From assembly GCA_003279355.1 (NCBI GenBank), contig QBZS01000001.1, positions 57,844 to 121,843 of the forward strand: 64,000 nucleotides of DNA, written 5' to 3'. Source of the stretch: SAR116 cluster bacterium AG-335-N04. Lineage in GTDB: Bacteria; Pseudomonadota; Alphaproteobacteria; Puniceispirillales; Marisalimonadaceae. The notes under the pieces were generated by a model that had not been told where the DNA came from, did not search any database, and worked only from the letters and a program-made list of their open reading frames with translations. The translations under genes were made by a program, and so were the position numbers. Shown here in pieces: positions 20,392 to 30,476 of this stretch; positions within the stretch are counted from its first letter, which is position 1; each line of letters opens with the position of its first letter.

Positions 20392-20808
20392 TTATTCTTC
20401 AATAATTTCTATTTCTCTCTTTAATTTTGTTTTCATTTTTTTTTTATGTAATTTTATTTTAAGTATTCCACTTACTAATTCTGCATGATCAACTTCTATA
20501 TTTTGTTCTAACCTAAAAGTTTGTTTAACAGAGTTTGTACGAATACCTTTATGAATAATACCTTCAAAAGGAGTTTTTGTTTTTTCTTTCACTTTTAACA
20601 TCAAAAAATTATTTAATTGTTCAATAATTATTTGATCCTGAGTTACACCGGCTAGAGCAATATTTATTTCATAATTATTATTATCATATTTTAGAATATC
20701 GAAGGCTAAATTAGTTTGAGATTTAATATTAGATAAATTTTCTATTTCGTTAAAAAAATCGTCATAACCAACATAAAACTTAAATATTTGTTTTTGTTCA
20801 AGGCTCAT
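20392..20808 (-). CDS. Small heat shock protein (Hsp20/IbpA-like), divergent
   Basis: VGYDDFF, YEINIALAG, HKGI and AELVSGILKI alpha-crystallin pattern. Confidence 0.75.
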   Translation of the reverse strand: MSLEQKQIFKFYVGYDDFFNEIENLSNIKSQTNLAFDILKYDNNNYEINIALAGVTQDQIIIEQLNNFLMLKVKEKTKTPFEGIIHKGIRTNSVKQTFRLEQNIEVDHAELVSGILKIKLHKKKMKTKLKREIEIIEE

Positions 20809-20809
20809 A

Positions 20810-21094
20810 TCATTGATCTATTCTAAAAACTCTTTCACCCTCAATTAATTTAATCTTAGTATTACCTTTAACTTCATTGAGTTCGTTGGCCATTATTTTC
20901 ATGACTTTTGTAGCATCATTTTTGTTTTTAAAAGATGAAATAACAAACCCTGTAGTATCTGAAACTCTGTAGACCTCACAACTCAACTGACCGTTTTTAA
21001 TATTTCTAGGTATCATAACATTTTGAAAAAATGCTATTATCATATCACAATTGACTTTAGAAGTTGACTGAAATTCTGCTATTCGAGAGTACAT
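20810..21094 (-). CDS. Hypothetical protein (possible dimeric alpha+beta barrel fold)
   Basis: 94 aa; GAGG RBS; alternating beta/alpha pattern; 1 nt from Hsp20 start. Confidence 0.65.
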   Translation of the reverse strand: MYSRIAEFQSTSKVNCDMIIAFFQNVMIPRNIKNGQLSCEVYRVSDTTGFVISSFKNKNDATKVMKIMANELNEVKGNTKIKLIEGERVFRIDQ

Positions 21095-21167
21095 TTTTTA
21101 CCTCTTGTTAATTACATAACTAGTATGTAAATGTATATTATTAATTTAATTTACAAAAAGTAACAAT

Positions 21168-21449
21168 ATGAAGATTTTTTATTTTTTATTTTTTATTTTT
21201 ATTTATTTTCAAAGCAAAGCTCATGAATGTGTTTTAAAAGGTACATCTGCCAAAGACATAACTATTTATAATACTTGTAAAGCTGATGCTAAGAATAAAA
21301 AACCTATAAATAACGATTTAAATAATACTCTACTAAAAGCTAAAATTAAAAAATTGAAAAATGAAAACAACAATCTAAAAAATCAATTATTAGATATTAA
21401 AATTAGATTAAATTCATTATTAGCAAGAGTTAATTCATATATTAATTAA
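21168..21449 (+). CDS. Hypothetical exported protein with C-terminal coiled coil
   Basis: N-terminal signal peptide (..SKA-HEC), Cys pair, heptad Leu repeat. Confidence 0.6.
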   Translation: MKIFYFLFFIFIYFQSKAHECVLKGTSAKDITIYNTCKADAKNKKPINNDLNNTLLKAKIKKLKNENNNLKNQLLDIKIRLNSLLARVNSYIN

Positions 21450-21471
21450 CAAAGAAGGCATATTATATAAA

Positions 21472-22191
21472 ATGAAAAAAGCTTTAGTTATAGGTGTTGG
21501 ACCTCTTAATGGTCTTGGTGGACAACTTTGTAAAAAAATTGCTCAAAACAACTTTGAAGTATTTGTAGCGGGTAGAACAATTAAGTCATTAAATAAAGTC
21601 GTAGAAAGTATTATCGAAGAAGGTAATCACGCTAAACCAATAGTTGTTGATACAACAGATGAAAATCAAATCAAAAAGATTATTAAAGAAATTGGTTCTG
21701 GTTTAGATTTTGCTGTCTACAATGTTGGGAATAGTACACCTGGCAAAATAATTGACATGGAGCCAAGTTATTTTAGGCAGAGTTGGGAATCTGGATGCTA
21801 TGGTGGATTTTTATTTGCTAAAGAAGTCATTAAAGTATTTTTAAAAGAGAACACCCCTGGCACACTTTTGTTTACAGGTGCTAGCGCGTCTTTAAGGGGT
21901 AAATCAAACTTTGGAGCATTTAATTCAGCAAAAGGTGCTCTTCGTAATTTAGCCCAAGCAATTGCAAAAGAATATGCTGAAAACTCAATTCACGTAGGTC
22001 ATATTATTGTTGATGGAGGTTTGGCAGGTGAGAGGATAAAACAAAGAGTGTCTGATTTTGATGAAAGAGTAAAAGATGGAAAATTAATAGATATAGATAG
22101 TGTCACTGATGCTTACATGTATTTATATAATCAAAATAAAAACGCGTGGACCTTTGAATTAGATATAAGAACATCTAAAGAAAATTGGTAA
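21472..22191 (+). CDS. Short-chain dehydrogenase/reductase
   Basis: GVGP..GLG, FTGASASLRG, F.SAK, IHVGHIIVDG, WTFELD. Confidence 0.88.
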   Translation: MKKALVIGVGPLNGLGGQLCKKIAQNNFEVFVAGRTIKSLNKVVESIIEEGNHAKPIVVDTTDENQIKKIIKEIGSGLDFAVYNVGNSTPGKIIDMEPSYFRQSWESGCYGGFLFAKEVIKVFLKENTPGTLLFTGASASLRGKSNFGAFNSAKGALRNLAQAIAKEYAENSIHVGHIIVDGGLAGERIKQRVSDFDERVKDGKLIDIDSVTDAYMYLYNQNKNAWTFELDIRTSKENW

Positions 22192-22207
22192 TAGGAAGGA
22201 ATTTGAA

Positions 22208-22972
22208 ATGAAACTTTTTGATCTATCAGGAAAGGTTGCTCTAGTTACTGGTGGAAATGGAGGCATCGGTTTAGCGATGTCAAAAGCTATGGGAGAAGCT
22301 GGAGCTACAATTATAATAGCTGGTAGAAATGAAAAGAAAAATACTCAATCAATTAAAATTTTAAATTCTCAAAATATAGAATGTAAATCCTTTCATGTTG
22401 ATGTTGTTGACGAGAACTCATGCAACAAACTGATTGAGAATGTTATTAGTAACTTTGGCAAATTAAATATATTAGTAAATAATGCAGGGACTAATATTAG
22501 AAAGAGACCCGAGGAATACGAACTTGATGAGTGGAAAAGAATAATAGATACAAATTTAATAAGTATGTTCACATGTTCCAAAGCTTCTTTTAAGCATTTT
22601 AAAGATGCTAAGGGAGGAAAAATTATAAATATTGGTTCAATGCATTCTTTGTTTGGTGCCCCGCTCGGTAGTGCCTATTCTGCTAGTAAAGGTGGAGTTG
22701 TTCAGTTAACAAAAAGTCTTGCTAATGCTTGGGCAAAAGATAATGTTCAAGTAAACGCAGTACTTCCAGGTTACATAGATACATCACTAACTCGACAGGC
22801 TAGGATAGATATTCCAGAACTTCAAAGTAGAGTTGAAGAGAGAACTCCAGTAGGCCGATGGGGAGAGCCAGATGATTTAGGTGGCATAGCTGTGTTTTTA
22901 TCAAGTGAGGGATCTAATTATATTACTGGAACAGCTATACCCGTAGACGGAGGTTATTCTATAAATGGATAA
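22208..22972 (+). CDS. SDR, KduD/gluconate 5-dehydrogenase-like
   Basis: TGGNGGIG, NNAG, YSASKGG, PGY, VDGG. Confidence 0.88.
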   Translation: MKLFDLSGKVALVTGGNGGIGLAMSKAMGEAGATIIIAGRNEKKNTQSIKILNSQNIECKSFHVDVVDENSCNKLIENVISNFGKLNILVNNAGTNIRKRPEEYELDEWKRIIDTNLISMFTCSKASFKHFKDAKGGKIINIGSMHSLFGAPLGSAYSASKGGVVQLTKSLANAWAKDNVQVNAVLPGYIDTSLTRQARIDIPELQSRVEERTPVGRWGEPDDLGGIAVFLSSEGSNYITGTAIPVDGGYSING

Positions 22973-23027
22973 AATTTAATTATTATAATTTTCTTTAAAA
23001 AATAGTTCTTTACGTTAGGAGGATAAA

Positions 23028-23960
23028 ATAAATAATGTATTCAAAGGGTGTATGCCAGCACTTATGACTCCTTGTAATAATGATTATTCTCCAAACTTTG
23101 AATTACTTCTTAGTAAAGCTAAAGAATTAATCGAAACAGGAATGTCAGCAGTGATTTACTGCGGCTCAATGGGTGATTGGCCACTCCTTTCAGACGAGCA
23201 GAGGCAACAAGGTGTTGCCAAATTAGTAAATGCAGGCATTCCCACAATTGTAGGGACAGGAGCTATTAATTCAAGAAAAGCAACAGCTCATGCACAGCAC
23301 GCCCAAGATGTAGGAGCGCTTGGTCTAATGGTTATACCAAGAGTACTCTCAAGGGGACCGTCATTAATAGCTCAAAGATCTCATTTTGCTTCGATATTAA
23401 GCGCAGCACCTGACCTACCAGCAGTAATCTACAATAGCCATTATTATGGTTTTTCAACAAAAGCAGATCTATTTTTTGATTTGAGAAAAGAATTTCCCAA
23501 TTTGGTTGGATTCAAGGAATTTGGGGGCTCAAAAGACCTAACCTATGCAGCAGAAAATATTACATCGCAAGATGAAAATATATCATTAATGATAGGTGTT
23601 GATACAACAGTTTTTCATGGTTATGTCAATTGTGGTGCAGTAGGTGCAATAACTGGCGTTGGTAATGCTTTTCCGAATGAAGTGTTGCATTTAATAAATT
23701 TATGCGAAAAAGCAGCATCAGGTGACCCTGTTTCAAAATCAAAAGCTAGAGAACTTGAAGATGCGTTGGCTATTTTATCATCATTTGATGAAGGTCCCGA
23801 CTTAGTTCTTTATTATAAATTTTTAATGGTTCTTAACGGGGATAAAGGTTACGATTTACATTTTAATCCAACAGACAAATTAAGTGATAGTCAAAAAATG
23901 TACGCAAAAAAACAATATGATTTATTTTTAAAGTGGTATTCAAGCTGGAAAAACAGTTAA
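23028..23960 (+). CDS. DHDPS/DapA-family lyase, probable pyrroline-4-hydroxy-2-carboxylate deaminase type
   Basis: F.GC.PALMTP, GSMGDW, IYNS and GFKEFGG Schiff-base Lys; start placed at ATA 23028 after AGGAGG (first ATG is 23052). Confidence 0.75.
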   Translation: MNNVFKGCMPALMTPCNNDYSPNFELLLSKAKELIETGMSAVIYCGSMGDWPLLSDEQRQQGVAKLVNAGIPTIVGTGAINSRKATAHAQHAQDVGALGLMVIPRVLSRGPSLIAQRSHFASILSAAPDLPAVIYNSHYYGFSTKADLFFDLRKEFPNLVGFKEFGGSKDLTYAAENITSQDENISLMIGVDTTVFHGYVNCGAVGAITGVGNAFPNEVLHLINLCEKAASGDPVSKSKARELEDALAILSSFDEGPDLVLYYKFLMVLNGDKGYDLHFNPTDKLSDSQKMYAKKQYDLFLKWYSSWKNS

Positions 23961-24053
23961 GTTAAAAATGTATTTTATTGGTATTATATTTCTTCAACAC
24001 TATTTACTTCAGACGTGTCAACTGTTGAATTATTGTTAATTGTATGATTTTTT

Positions 24054-24155
24054 TTATTTTTTCATTTGTTTACATGCTTCTTTGATCACCAAACCAATTA
24101 CGATACCGCCAGTTAACCCTATTGCTGTACCTTTTAATAAACCTAATCCAAGCAT
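24054..24155 (-). CDS. Small single-TM protein (33 aa) downstream of tRNA, possibly frameshift-shortened
   Basis: GAGGTG RBS; MLGLGLLKGTAIGLTGGIVIGLVIKEACKQMKK with GxxxG repeats. Confidence 0.6.
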   Translation of the reverse strand: MLGLGLLKGTAIGLTGGIVIGLVIKEACKQMKK

Positions 24156-24175
24156 TAAAACACCTCAAATATAAA

Positions 24176-24252
24176 TGGTGAACGCGAGAGGATTCGAACC
24201 TCTGACCTACTGCTTAGAAGGCAGTTGCTCTATCCAGCTGAGCTACGCGTCC
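24176..24252 (-). tRNA. tRNA-Arg (anticodon UCU)
   Basis: GGACGCGTAGCTCAGCTGGATAGAGCAACTGCCTTCTAAGCAGTAGGTCAGAGGTTCGAATCCTCTCGCGTTCACCA: cloverleaf, TTCGAA T-loop, encoded CCA. Confidence 0.97.
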
Positions 24253-24347
24253 ATAATTATGATTTTATTATTTATTACTTAAAAATACTTAAGTCAAAAC
24301 AAATGTATTAAAAATTTGTATAAATTAAATGTAAAAACTATCAAAAA

Positions 24348-24755
24348 TTAGTAATAAAATATTTTTTGCATACAGGTCATTGGTTTAGGTATCTTATCTA
24401 ATTTTTCGATCCCAAGGCCAACACTTAGTACTATAGATGACAGCTTCGAGGTAACCTTGTCAAAAGTCCAAGCAAAATCAGTTGTTTTAAAAAAATCTTT
24501 ATCTTCCCAAATCACATAAGCACCTTGTTTTTCAGCTAAAAGATTTCCTATTTCAATAAACTTACCATTAATTCGTCTATATACTTTTGGATTATCCATA
24601 TCTTTTGATCTATCAAAAAGAAATTCAAATTTGTAATTATCATCACTGCAGTCAAAGCCAGCTGATGGTAAATATATATCATTTGCTATTAATTTAGAGG
24701 GAATTAAAAAAATAATAAAAATTGCTAAAATAAAATTAATTTTTAATGATTTCAT
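24348..24755 (-). CDS. Hypothetical exported protein
   Basis: 135 aa with signal peptide and two Cys; beta-rich pattern. Confidence 0.7.
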   Translation of the reverse strand: MKSLKINFILAIFIIFLIPSKLIANDIYLPSAGFDCSDDNYKFEFLFDRSKDMDNPKVYRRINGKFIEIGNLLAEKQGAYVIWEDKDFFKTTDFAWTFDKVTSKLSSIVLSVGLGIEKLDKIPKPMTCMQKIFYY

Positions 24756-24835
24756 AAATTATACTTTCTATTTATTTCTAAACGTTATTTTATTAATTTA
24801 AAATATTATGTAAAATATTTTATCTTAAGAAACTA

Positions 24836-25227
<392 letters not shown>

Positions 25228-25237
25228 AATTAAAGAT

Positions 25238-25540
25238 TTATTTAATTTGAGTATTACTGACCAATTCACGTGTTCTGGTAACTTTAAAATCCCATTTTTT
25301 ATTAAATTTTTTTTATAAGTGATTGTAATTATATGAATCCATTGCATTTTTTGCTTTTTTAATATTTCCAAATTCATATATAGCAAGATGAAAATTTGAA
25401 TTTTGTACCCAACCTCTTTTTGCATTTTTAGCCATAAACTGTTTCTTAGCCTCATATAAATGTTCATTTTCATACCAATAATTAAAATCTTTACTATCTA
25501 TCTGACAAGTATCAGATTTAACAATAAGGTAAGCTGACAT
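25238..25540 (-). pseudogene. EthD/DUF4286-like gene with internal in-frame TAA
   Basis: F..WY..EHL and HLAIYEF motifs; after TAA at 25313-25315 the same frame continues KKFNKKWDFKVTRTRELVSNTQIK. Confidence 0.6.
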
Positions 25541-25613
25541 GTTTTACTCCTCATAAATTACAAAAACTTCAGTAATATTAATTTATATCAACTCAATATT
25601 AAAAATAAAATTA

Positions 25614-25645
25614 TTGACAAAAACTTATTATAGTTCTGTTATAAT
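25614..25645 (+). promoter_or_regulatory. Candidate sigma70 promoter for hpf
   Basis: Perfect extended -10 TGTTATAAT at 25637-25645; TTGACA at 25614 has non-optimal 20-nt spacing. Confidence 0.4.
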
Positions 25646-25668
25646 ATTAAGATATTTAGGAGTTATAT

Positions 25669-26259
25669 ATGAACTTTAAAATATTTGGAAAGCAAGTTAA
25701 AGTTGGTGAAACTTTTTCCAAATATGCAGAATTAAATCTATTAGAATCAATCCAAAAATATTTTCCTAATCCAATCTCATCAATAATCAGTGTTTCTAAA
25801 AATAACAAATTATTTCATATAATAATTGTACTTCATATTAATAAAAAAATGGAGTTTACAGCTCAATCTTCTGGACAAACTGCTAAACTAGCATTCAATG
25901 AAACCTTAGAAAAATTATCAAAACAATTACGAAGATATAAAAGAAAAATTAAAAATTATAAAAATAATGATAAAGCAAACTCCTTAAATGCTCAATTTCA
26001 CATAATTAATGAACTTCCGACATCAATTTCAAAACAAAAAAAAACAAATTATCAAGAACCACTTATTTTTGCAGAGTTGGATACTGAAATTGAAGAATTG
26101 ACTGTCATAGACGCTCTAGAAAAAATGAAAATGGGAAATATTTCAGCTTTAATGTTTAGAAATAAAAAACATAGTGGATTAAACATGGTTTATAAAAGAG
26201 ATGATGGTCTAATTGGTTGGGTTGATCCAAGAGGCAATAGAAATTTAGCAAAAATATAA
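25669..26259 (+). CDS. hpf: Ribosome hibernation promoting factor (long HPF/RaiA)
   Basis: KQLRRYK in S30AE domain; C-terminal FRN...LNMVYKRDDG.IGWVDP. Confidence 0.9.
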   Translation: MNFKIFGKQVKVGETFSKYAELNLLESIQKYFPNPISSIISVSKNNKLFHIIIVLHINKKMEFTAQSSGQTAKLAFNETLEKLSKQLRRYKRKIKNYKNNDKANSLNAQFHIINELPTSISKQKKTNYQEPLIFAELDTEIEELTVIDALEKMKMGNISALMFRNKKHSGLNMVYKRDDGLIGWVDPRGNRNLAKI

Positions 26260-26264
26260 TTAAT

Positions 26265-26816
26265 TCAGTTATTGAGCTGTTCTAAGCGTTTGTCACGTCC
26301 ACACATGAATCTATAGTATTCATATTTGTAACTTTGCTTTTTATAATAATCTTGATGTTCTAATCTAACTGGATAAAACTTAGTCTCTTTTTCTATAGGC
26401 ACTATAGATGTTTTTGGAGCTAACGATAAGATAATTGATTTTTCTTCATTTGTTTTATAATAAATAGCCGGACTATACGATCTTCCTCTGTCACAAAACT
26501 GTCCATTATTATCTTCATAATCAATTGTTTTGAACACATGAACTATTAATTCTTTGAAACTAATTATTTTAGGGTTATATTTAATCAAGGCAGCTTCACG
26601 GTGATCTCCCCATTGCCCAGGGATGTATTTGGGATCTTTTGTAGTACCTGCAGTGAAGCCACTTATTACCTCATTAACCCCCTTCAATTTTTCAGTATCT
26701 GCTTCTGTACACCAAAAACAGCCACCAGAATAAACAAAGGTGTCAGCTAATGAAGAAAAACTGGAAAAAATTAGTAAATTAAAAAAAAAGAAGACTTTAA
26801 TAAACATTTTATTCAT
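26265..26816 (-). CDS. msrA: Peptide-methionine (S)-S-oxide reductase, exported
   Basis: GGCFWC, HREA, GQFCDRG, HQDYY, CGRD; N-terminal signal peptide. Confidence 0.88.
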   Translation of the reverse strand: MNKMFIKVFFFFNLLIFSSFSSLADTFVYSGGCFWCTEADTEKLKGVNEVISGFTAGTTKDPKYIPGQWGDHREAALIKYNPKIISFKELIVHVFKTIDYEDNNGQFCDRGRSYSPAIYYKTNEEKSIILSLAPKTSIVPIEKETKFYPVRLEHQDYYKKQSYKYEYYRFMCGRDKRLEQLNN

Positions 26817-26886
26817 TGTTTTATATTAGTTTATAACCAAAGTTTTACAATAAAATATTTTACATCTTTTAAAGGATTAAAGTTAT

Positions 26887-28026
26887 ATGGAGAAATTTAA
26901 ATCAAATATAGATAATAAAGCTTTAGAAGACTTAAATTTTAAAATTATGAATGGTAGACTTTTAGACTGGGGGCCAGATTATAACAATGATGCAGGTATT
27001 TCATTTAAAAAAATATCATACATAATTGACTACTGGAAAAATCAATTTTCGTGGAAAAAAGAGGAAGATAATCTAAATAAATTTAATCAATTTATTTTTA
27101 CCAAGGATAGTGTAAAAACACATTTTTTGCATGTTAAATCAACTGAAAAGAATGCTCTGCCTCTTCTTTTAATTCATGGATGGCCTGGTTCATTTTTTGA
27201 GTTTTTAGATATAATTCCTTTACTAACAAATCCTGAAAAAAATAGTCTTGAAGGTAATCAACCTTTTGATTTAATAATTCCTTCTTTACCAAATGTGGGT
27301 TTTTCATTTTCTCTATCGCAAAAACCATTGAGCTTACAAGAAATTTCTAGTCATTTTATTGAATTGATGAATACCCTTGGCTACAAAAAATATTTCATAC
27401 AAGGTGGTGATTTAGGATCATTTATAGCTTCGATTATGGCTGTTAACGCTCCAAAAAATATTTCAGGTGTTCATTTGAATATGTTACCGCTACCTAGAGG
27501 TCTTGATAAAGAAGCTAATAATCCAGAAGAAGCAATATATTATGAAAAGCTAAAACACTTTATGAAATTTGAGACAGGCTATCAACAAATTCAGGGTACT
27601 AAACCCTTTACATTAGCACATGCTCTAAATTCATCTCCTGTGGCTTTATGTTCATATATAGCTGAAAAATTTTATGCTTGGACAGATAATAATAATGATT
27701 TATTTGATAAAATTAATATAAATACTATGTTAGCTAATATATCTTTATACTGGTTTTCTGGATGTATAGGTGCTTCTTTTTGGCCATATTTTATGCGTCA
27801 CAGATCGGTTGACTGGCCTATTAATAAAAATTCACCAATCAATGTTCCAATGGGTTATAGTGAATTTCCAAAGGAGATATTTTCACCACCAATTAGTTTA
27901 GCATCTCAATTTTATAAAAATATTGTATTATGGTCATCTCATGCTTCAGGCGGCCATTTTGCTGCTATGGAAAAACCTAGAGAATTAGCAATTGACATAA
28001 ATAAATTTGTAAATAAGACACAATAA
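26887..28026 (+). CDS. Epoxide hydrolase (microsomal-type, EHN domain)
   Basis: HGWPGS, QGGDLG, FPKE and GGHFAAME motifs. Confidence 0.9.
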   Translation: MEKFKSNIDNKALEDLNFKIMNGRLLDWGPDYNNDAGISFKKISYIIDYWKNQFSWKKEEDNLNKFNQFIFTKDSVKTHFLHVKSTEKNALPLLLIHGWPGSFFEFLDIIPLLTNPEKNSLEGNQPFDLIIPSLPNVGFSFSLSQKPLSLQEISSHFIELMNTLGYKKYFIQGGDLGSFIASIMAVNAPKNISGVHLNMLPLPRGLDKEANNPEEAIYYEKLKHFMKFETGYQQIQGTKPFTLAHALNSSPVALCSYIAEKFYAWTDNNNDLFDKININTMLANISLYWFSGCIGASFWPYFMRHRSVDWPINKNSPINVPMGYSEFPKEIFSPPISLASQFYKNIVLWSSHASGGHFAAMEKPRELAIDINKFVNKTQ

Positions 28027-28092
28027 ATTTTGTTTATTAGAGTTGAGTAATATGTGAAGCTCTAATTGATAATTCTACAGGGGGGGCAGAAA

Positions 28093-29073
28093 ATGTGTCT
28101 AAATTTTTTAACTGATGATTTGTTGATTAAAAATAATAATTTTGACAGGCCTGTAATTGTTACAGGTGCTGGTGGTTGCATTGGAGCATGGATTCTTACA
28201 ATTCTATATAAATCTAACATTCCTTGTGTGGCCCTTGATTTGTCAAATAATAAAGATCGACTTAAACTTCTTCTTGGTAATGAAGCGTCTAAAATCAAAT
28301 GGCAAGTTTGCGACATTACCGATCTTAAAATGCTAAAGAAAATTATTATAAGCTCTAACCCAGGTGCTATAATTCATCTAGCAGGTCTGCAAGTACCATT
28401 TTGTGCGGCAGATCCAGCATTAGGTGCTCGTGTCAATGTAGAGGGCACAATTAATATTCTTGAAATTGCTAAAGAAGCAAATATTAAGAGGACTGTTTAT
28501 GCTTCGTCGGTTGCTGCCTTAGGAATGCCTCCTAAAGGTCCTTGGAAAGAAACGTTATATGGTGCATATAAACTAGCTAATGAGCATACCGCATTTGTTT
28601 ATTGGGCTGACTGGGAGGTTCCATCTATCGGCATTAGACCTAATATTGTATATGGTTTAGCTAGAGATCAAGGAATGAGTTCAAAAAACACTTTAGCTAT
28701 TCAAGCTGCAGCTCTAGGCGAAAGCTATGTAATACCATACACTGGAAAATATAGCTGGTTATATGCGGGTGAGTCAGCTTTAGCATTTATTACATCTGTA
28801 TGCAAAGACATGGTTGGCTCACACGTTTTTAATCTTAATGGTCCATGTGAAACAATAGAAAATGGGTTATCTATAATTAAGAAGTTAAAAGAAAATGCAT
28901 CTGTAAGCTGTATTGGTCAATCGCTACCTTTTCCTCCAGATTTAGATGATCTGCCTCTGAGAAATCATATTGGTGAATATCCTTCCATTTCCGTTGAAAA
29001 AGGGATTGAAAATACGTTGAGGGCCTTTCAAGTACTTAAAGCTGAAGGAAGATGTCCGCCTATGCCCATTTAG
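28093..29073 (+). CDS. NAD-dependent epimerase/dehydratase
   Basis: TGAGGCIG, HLAG, NV.GT.NILE, YGAYK; start uncertain. Confidence 0.85.
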   Translation: MCLNFLTDDLLIKNNNFDRPVIVTGAGGCIGAWILTILYKSNIPCVALDLSNNKDRLKLLLGNEASKIKWQVCDITDLKMLKKIIISSNPGAIIHLAGLQVPFCAADPALGARVNVEGTINILEIAKEANIKRTVYASSVAALGMPPKGPWKETLYGAYKLANEHTAFVYWADWEVPSIGIRPNIVYGLARDQGMSSKNTLAIQAAALGESYVIPYTGKYSWLYAGESALAFITSVCKDMVGSHVFNLNGPCETIENGLSIIKKLKENASVSCIGQSLPFPPDLDDLPLRNHIGEYPSISVEKGIENTLRAFQVLKAEGRCPPMPI

Positions 29074-29111
29074 ATTTTGTTTTAGTGATAACATTTCGAA
29101 AAGTTTAGCCA

Positions 29112-30476
29112 ATGAAAAATAATCTTGATATGATTTTGAACGGTCCTGTTTTAAAAATGATTTGTAAACTTTCATTGCCAAATTCAATCACTGGAATTTC
29201 AATGGTGTTAATAATAATAACAGATGCCTATTTTGTCTCACAATTAGGAAATGTCCCACTCGCAAGTTTAGCTTTAGTTTTTCCATTTTTAACACTGATG
29301 CAAATGATGTCTGCTGGTGCGATTGGTGGGGCAAGTACGTCATCTATTTCAAGATTTTTAGGAGCAGGATTAATAGAAGATGCTAATTCAGCTATTTGGC
29401 ATGCTGTTCTAATATGCATTTTTATGTCATTGATTTATACAATAATATTTGGATTTTTACCAAATCACATTTATTTATCAATGGGTGGTAGCAATGATGT
29501 TTTGGACGGAGCTGTTGTTTTTTCACAGATTGCTTTTGGAGGAGCTGTCTTCACGTGGTTACTCTATATTTTTTCAGCAATTTTAAGAGCTATGGGAGAA
29601 TTTGTTGTTCCTGCAAAGGTACAAATTTTAGGTTGCTTATTTCAGATCTTTTTAGGCGGGGTTTTTACAGTAGGTTGGTTTGGGTTTAAAAGTTTTGGTA
29701 TAATTGGGCCAGCAATTGCCATGGTTATTTCACATTTCCTTATGATGATATATTTATATTTTTATATTAAATATAAACAAAAAACCATAAAGCTCAGAAC
29801 TTACCCCCTAAACAAAAAATCCTTTTTAGATATAATGAAAGTAGGGGCTGGAGGTCTAATCAATAGTATTACAATTGCAGGAACAGTTGCCGTCGTAACA
29901 GCTTCAGTAAGTCATTATGGCATTGAAGCTCTTGCTGGTTACGGTCTTGGAAGTAGGTTGGAAATTATAATTACTCCATTAGTATTTGGTATCGGATCTG
30001 TTCTTACAGCTGCAGTTGGTATTAATGCCGGTGCAAATCAAATGAGCAGGGCAAAAAAAATTGCTTGGGTTGGTGCAATAATATCTTTTATTATTATCGG
30101 CGTCATTAGTATACCAGTAGCTGTGTTTCCAGAACTTTGGTTAGACAATTTTGAAACAAATATTTTATCTGAAAAATATGCTATTCTTTATTTAATAATA
30201 GTTGGTCCATTTTACTGCTTTTTTGCAGCAGGACAAACATTATATTTTGCTAGTCAGGGAACTGGTAAGATATTTTTTCCAGTGATAGTAGGTATAATAA
30301 GATTTTTGACTGTATCTGTTGTTTGTTATCTTACTATTATATTTTCTTGGTCTTTAAGTCATATTTTTTATGCGGTATCATTTGGACTTGCTATTACTGG
30401 CATTGGTTTAAGTTTATGTATGTTAGGACCAGATTGGAATAGTGAAATTAACCAAAAAAAGATAATGAATACATAG
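29112..30476 (+). CDS. MATE family efflux transporter
   Basis: 12 TM; D.YFVSQLG and ALAGYG...RLE repeats. Confidence 0.9.
   Translation: MKNNLDMILNGPVLKMICKLSLPNSITGISMVLIIITDAYFVSQLGNVPLASLALVFPFLTLMQMMSAGAIGGASTSSISRFLGAGLIEDANSAIWHAVLICIFMSLIYTIIFGFLPNHIYLSMGGSNDVLDGAVVFSQIAFGGAVFTWLLYIFSAILRAMGEFVVPAKVQILGCLFQIFLGGVFTVGWFGFKSFGIIGPAIAMVISHFLMMIYLYFYIKYKQKTIKLRTYPLNKKSFLDIMKVGAGGLINSITIAGTVAVVTASVSHYGIEALAGYGLGSRLEIIITPLVFGIGSVLTAAVGINAGANQMSRAKKIAWVGAIISFIIIGVISIPVAVFPELWLDNFETNILSEKYAILYLIIVGPFYCFFAAGQTLYFASQGTGKIFFPVIVGIIRFLTVSVVCYLTIIFSWSLSHIFYAVSFGLAITGIGLSLCMLGPDWNSEINQKKIMNT

Noticed and set aside
24176-24252. tRNA-Arg as the attachment site of an integrated element
   Set aside because: No integrase, no duplicated tRNA 3' end noticed in the window and no obvious compositional shift
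25313-25315. Selenocysteine or pyrrolysine recoding at the internal stop
   Set aside because: The stop is TAA, not TGA or TAG, and it is not in a redox motif
28080-28086. G7 tract as a phase-variation switch
   Set aside because: Short, and positioned as a Shine-Dalgarno 6 nt before ATG 28093
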